The translations under genes were made by a program, and so were the position numbers. The notes beneath the pieces are model-generated. The model was given only the letters and a program-made list of their open reading frames with translations, did not search any database and was not told the DNA's origin. A stretch of 64,000 nt of DNA from Bacteroidales bacterium (GTDB lineage: Bacteria > Bacteroidota > Bacteroidia > Bacteroidales > JAIPAP01). Of the stretch, positions 58,806 to 64,000 are shown one piece after another. The DNA is taken from contig JAIPAP010000001.1 of assembly GCA_021740045.1 (NCBI GenBank), positions 11,817 through 75,816 of the forward strand. The letters are read 5' to 3'. Every line of letters begins with the position of its first letter. Within the stretch, counting starts at the first letter, position 1.

Positions 58806-59426
58806 TTACTTGTAACTGGAAAGAAGTAATTCCTTTTCGCTAAAATCATATTCTTCTTGTTGAAAATTGGAGCAAACCGCAACTATTCTTTCTTCGGAGT
58901 ATTGATCAATCAGGTGGCGATACCATTGGGTGTTTTCCTGGTCGAGGTTGGTAGACGGCTCATCGAGCAACAGGATATTGGCTTGTGAAAGTATGGCCAG
59001 GCCAAGTTTTACCCGCTGTTTCATCCCCGATGAATAGTATTTGAGCGGCTTACCGGCATATTTTTCCAGTCGCAGGTTTTTTACAAAATCCCTGTGCGAC
59101 ATGCCATCGATAAGTTTTCTGAATTTCAGGTGAAAATTCAGTTGCTCATTGAGCGAAAACTCTTCGATAAGCTCCAGATAGGGCGCTGAAATGGAAACAT
59201 GCTGATAATGCTGCTCCGGAGGTATGAGTTGTTCGTTGTGGCTTAGTTTTACCAAGCCCTTTGAAGGTGTTAATTTCCCGGCTATAATTTTTAACAAGGT
59301 TGATTTTCCCGAGCCGTTGCCGCCAAGAATGGCATACTTTTTCCCGGCCTCAAACTCAAAATCAATATTCCTGAAGATCCATTCGTAGTTATATTGTTTT
59401 GATACCTTTTCAAGGATGATCTTCAT
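58806..59426 (-). CDS. ABC transporter ATP-binding protein
   Basis: Walker A 'GGNGSGKST', signature 'YSSGMKQRV', Walker B 'LLLDEP'. Confidence 0.8.
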   Translation of the reverse strand: MKIILEKVSKQYNYEWIFRNIDFEFEAGKKYAILGGNGSGKSTLLKIIAGKLTPSKGLVKLSHNEQLIPPEQHYQHVSISAPYLELIEEFSLNEQLNFHLKFRKLIDGMSHRDFVKNLRLEKYAGKPLKYYSSGMKQRVKLGLAILSQANILLLDEPSTNLDQENTQWYRHLIDQYSEERIVAVCSNFQQEEYDFSEKELLLSSYK

Positions 59427-59445
59427 ACTGCCTTTTCCGGATTTA

Positions 59446-60246
59446 TTATGTCTGATCGCTTTTCTTGTCGCGATTATATCCTTTCATGATACCCCGGCTC
59501 GACTTGTTGATGAATGAAATGATCTCATCACGCTCGGGAGTAGCCGGATATTCCGCTTCAATAATCTGCAGGGCATGTGAAATATTATATCCTTTCAGAT
59601 AAATAATGCGGTAAATATCCTGGATTTGGTTGATGGTTGGGGTTTCATAACCCCGGCGCCGTAATCCGATGGAGTTTATGCCCACATATGAAATGGGTTC
59701 ACGGGCGGCTTTAGTATAAGGCGGTACATCTTTTCTTACAAGCGACCCACCTGAAATAAAGGCATGGGGCCCGATATTAATAAATTGATGCACGGCCGAT
59801 AAACCGCCTATAATTGCCCAGTCTTCTATACGAATGTGACCGGCGAGGGTGGCGGCATTGGCAAGAATACAGTTGTTACCGATCGTGCAATCGTGTGCTA
59901 CATGGACATAAGCCATCAATAAGCAGTTATCCCCGATAACGGTTTCGTAATTGGCTTTGGTGGCCCGGTTGATGGTTACAAATTCCCTGATGGTTACATT
60001 ATTACCAATGATCACAGTAGTGTCTTCACCCTCGTATTTTAAATCTTGTGGGATAGCTGAAACCACGGCCCCGGGAAATATTTTGCAATTCTTGCCTATG
60101 CGGGCGCCTTCCATAATGGTAACATTCGAGCCAATCCACGTGCCTTCACCTACTTCAACATTTTTTTCAATATTAACAAAAGGCTCTATAACTACATTTT
60201 TTGCAATCTTAGCTTGTGGGTGTACGTATGCTAGGGGTTGATTCAT
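59446..60246 (-). CDS. lpxA: acyl-ACP--UDP-N-acetylglucosamine O-acyltransferase
   Basis: Hexapeptide LbH plus a C-terminal helical domain. The ATGA overlaps the lpxC-fabZ stop. Confidence 0.95.
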   Translation of the reverse strand: MNQPLAYVHPQAKIAKNVVIEPFVNIEKNVEVGEGTWIGSNVTIMEGARIGKNCKIFPGAVVSAIPQDLKYEGEDTTVIIGNNVTIREFVTINRATKANYETVIGDNCLLMAYVHVAHDCTIGNNCILANAATLAGHIRIEDWAIIGGLSAVHQFINIGPHAFISGGSLVRKDVPPYTKAAREPISYVGINSIGLRRRGYETPTINQIQDIYRIIYLKGYNISHALQIIEAEYPATPERDEIISFINKSSRGIMKGYNRDKKSDQT

Positions 60247-61475
60247 GCGTCGTTTTGTTTTTTTACAATTTGTGCCATTAGTGAAGCTTCCATTACCAGC
60301 TTATCGCCCACGTAGGCATGTCCTTTCATATGACTGATCCCACGGCGGATTGGAGCTATCAGGTCGAGCTTGAAAACAAGCACATCACCCGGAACGACTT
60401 TTCGTCTGAACTTGGCATCTTCTATCTTAATAAAATATGTTACATAATTTTCCGGATCGGGAACGGTATTCAATACCAGGATACCTCCTGCCTGGGCCAT
60501 CGATTCCACCTGCAAAACCCCAGGCATTACCGGCTCATCGGGGAAATGTCCCACAAAGAAAGATTCGTTCATGGTTACATTTTTCATCCCGATCACATAA
60601 TCATCACTCATCTCAAGGATTTTGTCCACAAGCAAAAACGGAGACCGGTGCGGAAGGATTCTCTTGATGGCATTAATATCATATAACGGCGGTTTGTTCA
60701 GGTCAAGCTTTGGCACTTGTTTTTTACGCCGCTCTTTTTTAATTTCTTCCCTGAGCTTTTTCGCAAAATTCACATTGGCCGTATGGCCGGGCTTGCTGGC
60801 AATAATGTGCGCTTTAAGGGGATGACCTATTAAGGCCAGATCGCCTATCACATCGAGAAGTTTATGACGGGCCGGTTCATTCTGATGGTAAAGTTCCAGA
60901 TTGTTCAGGATTCCTTCTTCCAGCACTTCAACCTTGGGTTTATTAAAGAATTGGGCTAGCCGGTCGAGCTCTTCCTGGGCAATGATGCGGTTTACAAAAA
61001 CGATGGCATTGCTCAAATCGCCACCTTTGATCAGGTTGTATTGTATGAGTTGCTCCAGTTCATGCAGAAATACGAAGGTGCGTGAGGAAGCTATTTCATC
61101 TTTAAACTCTTCAATTTTATCGAGCTTGGCGTGCTGGGTGTTGAGGACCTTTGTGTTGAAATCGATCATCACCGAGACCCTAAACCGGTCACTGGGTACT
61201 GCTAATAGCTCAACATCGTTTTCTTTATCGGTCCATGAAATAACCTTGCTTAGCTCTACATAATCTTTTTCCTTTTCCTGTTCTTCAATTTCAGCTTCCA
61301 GCAATTTATCCACAAAAAACCTGGAACTGCCATCCAGGATTGGGATTTCGGGGCCGTTGGTTTCGATCATCACATTGTCGAGGTCAAGGCCGGCCAGGGC
61401 GGCTAATACGTGTTCAACGGTGCTAATGGAGGCATCGCCCTTCTTCAGTGTGGTTCCCCTGTTGGTGTCTGCCAC
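60243..61475 (-). CDS. lpxC/fabZ: bifunctional UDP-3-O-acyl-GlcNAc deacetylase / 3-hydroxyacyl-ACP dehydratase; the ORF as tracked lacks the first ~57 codons
   Basis: LpxC 'STVEHVLAALAGLDLDN' and FabZ 'LPHRSPFLLVDKI' / 'FVGHFPDEPVMPGVL'. The tracked GTG start is internal to the family; see the next feature. Confidence 0.9.
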   Translation of the reverse strand: MADTNRGTTLKKGDASISTVEHVLAALAGLDLDNVMIETNGPEIPILDGSSRFFVDKLLEAEIEEQEKEKDYVELSKVISWTDKENDVELLAVPSDRFRVSVMIDFNTKVLNTQHAKLDKIEEFKDEIASSRTFVFLHELEQLIQYNLIKGGDLSNAIVFVNRIIAQEELDRLAQFFNKPKVEVLEEGILNNLELYHQNEPARHKLLDVIGDLALIGHPLKAHIIASKPGHTANVNFAKKLREEIKKERRKKQVPKLDLNKPPLYDINAIKRILPHRSPFLLVDKILEMSDDYVIGMKNVTMNESFFVGHFPDEPVMPGVLQVESMAQAGGILVLNTVPDPENYVTYFIKIEDAKFRRKVVPGDVLVFKLDLIAPIRRGISHMKGHAYVGDKLVMEASLMAQIVKKQNDA

Positions 61476-61647
61476 ATTTTCGGCTAAGGCTTCTATAATA
61501 ACTTCGCTCTCATGATCAACGCGTTTGAATTTTCACCCGTGATCGATCGGTGCAGGCTGAAAAGTAAGGGTAACATCCTGCCCTGTGTGCAGGCCTGCCC
61601 CGGTTAACGACACGGCTTTTTTTATAGTTTTTTGCTTGTTGCTCATA
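61476..61647 (-). other. lpxC/fabZ: 5' part of lpxC-fabZ, separated from the main ORF by an in-frame TGA
   Basis: The minus strand reads ATG-'MSNKQKTIKKAVSLTGAGLHTGQDVTLTFQPAPIDHG'-TGA-'KFKRVDHESEVIIEALAEN'-GTG, in one frame with the tracked ORF. This is the canonical LpxC N-terminus ('GxGLHTG', 'FxRxD'). The TGA is at ~61533-61536 (coordinates +/-1 nt). Confidence 0.75.
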
Positions 61648-61694
61648 TATAATATTCGGTTTGCAAATGTATAAATACGACCCGAGAAAAGGGT

Positions 61695-62732
61695 TTATTT
61701 ATTTTTTAATTCGTTCAGCTGCTTCTCCAATTCCCTGATTTTCTTTTCTATATCCGGGAGGTTGCGAAAATGGATGTAAGATTTACGGTATTTACTCACT
61801 TCAAAGGCAGGGGACCCGAGCAAGGCAATGCCTTCCTGGTTAATATTAGTGGTAATGCCCGATTGGGCCGCTATTTGTACGTTATCGGCGATGGTAATGT
61901 GTCCCACAATGCCTACCTGTCCGCCTATCATGCAGTTTTTGCCGATACGCGTTGAGCCGGCAATACCGACTTGTGCAGCGATCACTGTATTTTCTCCAAT
62001 CTCAACATTATGGGCTATTTGGATGAGGTTGTCGAGCTTTACTCCTTTCCTGATTATGGTAGAGCCCAAGGTTGCCCTGTCGATGGTGGTGTTCGAGCCG
62101 ATTTCCACATCATCTTCAATAACTACATTTCCAATCTGGGCTACCTTTTGGTAATTATTATCCTGCTGGGGTGCAAAGCCGAATCCATCGGACCCGATAA
62201 CAACCCCACCATGAAGCGTGCAGTTTTTTCCTATGGTGTTGTCGGAGTATATCTTTACTCCGGCAAAAAGAATGGTGTTCACACCAATAGTTACATTATC
62301 GCCTACATAACAATGGGGATATATCTTGGCATTATCGGCGATTTTGGCATTCTCTCCGATAAAGGCAAACGCCCCGATGTAAACATTCTTCCCTATCTCG
62401 GCCGATTTGTGAATATGTGCTTTCCCGGAGATACCGCTCTTGTCAAGCTTGATCTTATTATATACCTCAAGCAATTGGGCAAATGCCGAATAAGCATCAT
62501 CTACCTTGATCAGAGTGCTTTTAATCGCTTGCTCCGGGACAAAATCTTTGTTGATGATGATTACCGACGCACTTGTGTGATATATATAATTCGTGTATTT
62601 TGGGTTCGCAAGGAAGGTAAGGGAGCCCGGGCTGCCATTTTCAATTTTTGATAACTTATGCACTTTAACCTCAGGATCTCCTTTAATTTCACCATTTATG
62701 ATATTGGCTATTTCTTTAGCTGTAAATTCCAT
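61695..62732 (-). CDS. lpxD: UDP-3-O-acylglucosamine N-acyltransferase
   Basis: 345 aa. LpxD N-terminal domain, long LbH region, and C-terminal coiled coil '[14 protein letters not shown]'. Confidence 0.95.
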   Translation of the reverse strand: MEFTAKEIANIINGEIKGDPEVKVHKLSKIENGSPGSLTFLANPKYTNYIYHTSASVIIINKDFVPEQAIKSTLIKVDDAYSAFAQLLEVYNKIKLDKSGISGKAHIHKSAEIGKNVYIGAFAFIGENAKIADNAKIYPHCYVGDNVTIGVNTILFAGVKIYSDNTIGKNCTLHGGVVIGSDGFGFAPQQDNNYQKVAQIGNVVIEDDVEIGSNTTIDRATLGSTIIRKGVKLDNLIQIAHNVEIGENTVIAAQVGIAGSTRIGKNCMIGGQVGIVGHITIADNVQIAAQSGITTNINQEGIALLGSPAFEVSKYRKSYIHFRNLPDIEKKIRELEKQLNELKNK

Positions 62733-62878
62733 TAAATCAACTCTTTTATAACGATTGCATCACGCTTTTGTTTTTTTAAGATGCTGAACTTCAATTGTTT
62801 AACAGTTTAAAACCCAGCTCTAAAAAGGGCTGCAATATACCAATATTTTTTCAAAGTGAGCCAAGAATGCATTCTATA

Positions 62879-64000
62879 TTAGCTCTCATCTTCCAGAACT
62901 TTGGGATAACAGAGCACATATTTGGTTACCGGTTTTGACAGCCCCACTATATCGAGATGATCGGAAGCTTTAGCCACATCGAGCAATTCACCGTTTTTAT
63001 ACAATAGCTTAATATTATCCCGTTCGGTAATATATGCATCATTGCGCAATGTATCTTCAACAATCAGATGTCCAACCTCATCATCTTTCATATTGAAATA
63101 ACGTTGGATGCCTTCCTTTATATTTTGTACAACCTCATTGTTAAAGGGCTCATTTTGTATCTTAACCCTGAAGAGCTGGCGGTTTACCAATCCTTTGGAG
63201 AGGAATGAAAGTGCCTTATCGCGATGCGAACACCATTGTTTAATGGAGGTGAAAATATCGAAATCATCCAGTTGCGCAAAGATTTCAAGGATTTGGGGGT
63301 TTTCTTGAAAATCCCTGAACTTTATGTTGTTGTTTAAAAACAGTGAAAAAGCGGGGGTGGCGAAGAGTTTTTCGCCCTGCGAGGCCAGTATTTTGGCCCG
63401 CTGTAGTATCATGGTAAGCATGTACTCGGCGCTCAACACGGCCTTATGATAATATACCTGCCAATACATTAAACGGCGCGCTACCAGGAATTTTTCTATG
63501 GAATAAATTCCCTTGGCGTCAACCACCAGCCGGTCATCATGGATGTTAAGCATTTTAATAATACGCTCGGCATTGATCACTCCTTCGGCAACACCGGTAA
63601 AAAAGCTGTCGCGCTTCAGGTAGTCCAGGCGATCTACATCGAGCTGACTGGCAACCAACTGATGTAAAAAATGCTTTTTGTATTCATCTTTAAAGATCCG
63701 AATAGGTAATTCAAGGTCATTGTCAAAGGCTTTATTCAATTTTTCCATGATCAGCATCGACAAATTTTCATGACTCAGGTCATCAATCAGGCATTTTTCT
63801 AAAGTGTGTGAATAGGGGCCGTGCCCAATGTCATGCATCAAAATGGCCAGGGTTACACCCTTTTCTTCTGTTGGGGTAATTTCGTGCCCTTTCGAGCGTA
63901 ATACATCAACTGCTTGTTTCATTAGGAAAATAGTCCCCAAAGCATGATGAAAACGGGTATGCAAAGCACCGGGATAAACCAGGTGTGTTAAACCCAATTG
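62879..64000 (-). CDS. HD-domain phosphohydrolase (N-terminus lies beyond the window end)
   Basis: 'HTRFHHALG' and 'ILMHDIGHGPYSH' HD motifs. The reading frame is open to the window edge. Confidence 0.8.
   Translation of the reverse strand, partial: QLGLTHLVYPGALHTRFHHALGTIFLMKQAVDVLRSKGHEITPTEEKGVTLAILMHDIGHGPYSHTLEKCLIDDLSHENLSMLIMEKLNKAFDNDLELPIRIFKDEYKKHFLHQLVASQLDVDRLDYLKRDSFFTGVAEGVINAERIIKMLNIHDDRLVVDAKGIYSIEKFLVARRLMYWQVYYHKAVLSAEYMLTMILQRAKILASQGEKLFATPAFSLFLNNNIKFRDFQENPQILEIFAQLDDFDIFTSIKQWCSHRDKALSFLSKGLVNRQLFRVKIQNEPFNNEVVQNIKEGIQRYFNMKDDEVGHLIVEDTLRNDAYITERDNIKLLYKNGELLDVAKASDHLDIVGLSKPVTKYVLCYPKVLEDES

Noticed and set aside
61437-61442. A possible extra C in the C-run at the line break. 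My hand translation gave 'aag aag ggg cga' instead of the track's '...KKGDAS', which would imply a frameshift in lpxC-fabZ.
   Set aside because: The computed ORF track reports one continuous 410-aa frame, and its start coordinate is exactly 1 nt lower than my hand count. I defer to the track and treat this as my counting error. As a result, my coordinates in 61440-61650 carry +/-1 nt uncertainty.
61533-61536. The TGA in lpxC-fabZ as selenocysteine, or as evidence of a TGA-reassigned genetic code.
   Set aside because: There is no SECIS-like hairpin downstream (only the palindrome AACGCGTT), and Sec is implausible at this structural position. About 60 other genes in the window are intact under the standard code, so global reassignment is excluded.
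1-64000. Searched by eye for CRISPR arrays, tRNA/rRNA/tmRNA/SRP-like sequences, transposase or integrase genes, and terminal inverted repeats of IS elements.
   Set aside because: No regularly spaced direct repeats, no cloverleaf-compatible segments in the intergenic regions, and no DDE, tyrosine or serine recombinase motifs in any listed ORF. A small ncRNA could still be missed without covariance-model tools.

Overview
This is a Bacteroidota-type chromosomal segment. Supporting signs are two proteins with type IX secretion (T9SS) C-terminal sorting domains, a fused lpxC-fabZ gene, TAnnTTTG-type -7 promoter boxes, and rsfS-ftsH-cdsA-psd and rseC/rnfBCDGEA gene order. Rnf and HydF suggest an anaerobe. 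All calls come from reading the six-frame translations and the DNA by eye; no searches were run.

Layout:
- 0-27.5 kb is mostly housekeeping: pyrE, birA, rsfS, ftsH, cdsA, psd, an antiporter, a lyase-1/hydF pair, and rnfBCDGEA split from its usual rseC-like neighbour by a DUF4143-type ATPase gene. It also holds one 1251-aa T9SS cargo protein and a probable DNA-methylase relic.
- 27.7-45.7 kb is an accessory, partly AT-rich block.
  - It begins with an exported TPR-CHAT protease, next to a sigma-like / zf-HC2 anti-sigma-like pair and a PAS-LuxR regulator.
  - Next come small lipoproteins and a second T9SS cargo protein (clan GH-A glycosidase-like). This protein shares a roughly 370-aa C-terminal cassette with the first T9SS protein.
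  - The block ends with an uncharacterised AAA+ (MoxR-like) / 769-aa / TPR-like operon and more orphan genes.
  - A 26-bp element with a CCCCAATTGGGG palindromic core occurs four times in this block.
- 45.8-64 kb is a surface-glycan cluster (three GT-B glycosyltransferases, a sulfotransferase, a flippase, two Wzz-like genes and an O-antigen-ligase-like gene), followed by a lipid A cluster (lpxD, efp, an ABC ATPase, lpxA, lpxC-fabZ, lpxD). In that cluster lpxC-fabZ carries an in-frame TGA near its 5' end.

No rRNA, tRNA, CRISPR array, transposase or integrase was recognised.
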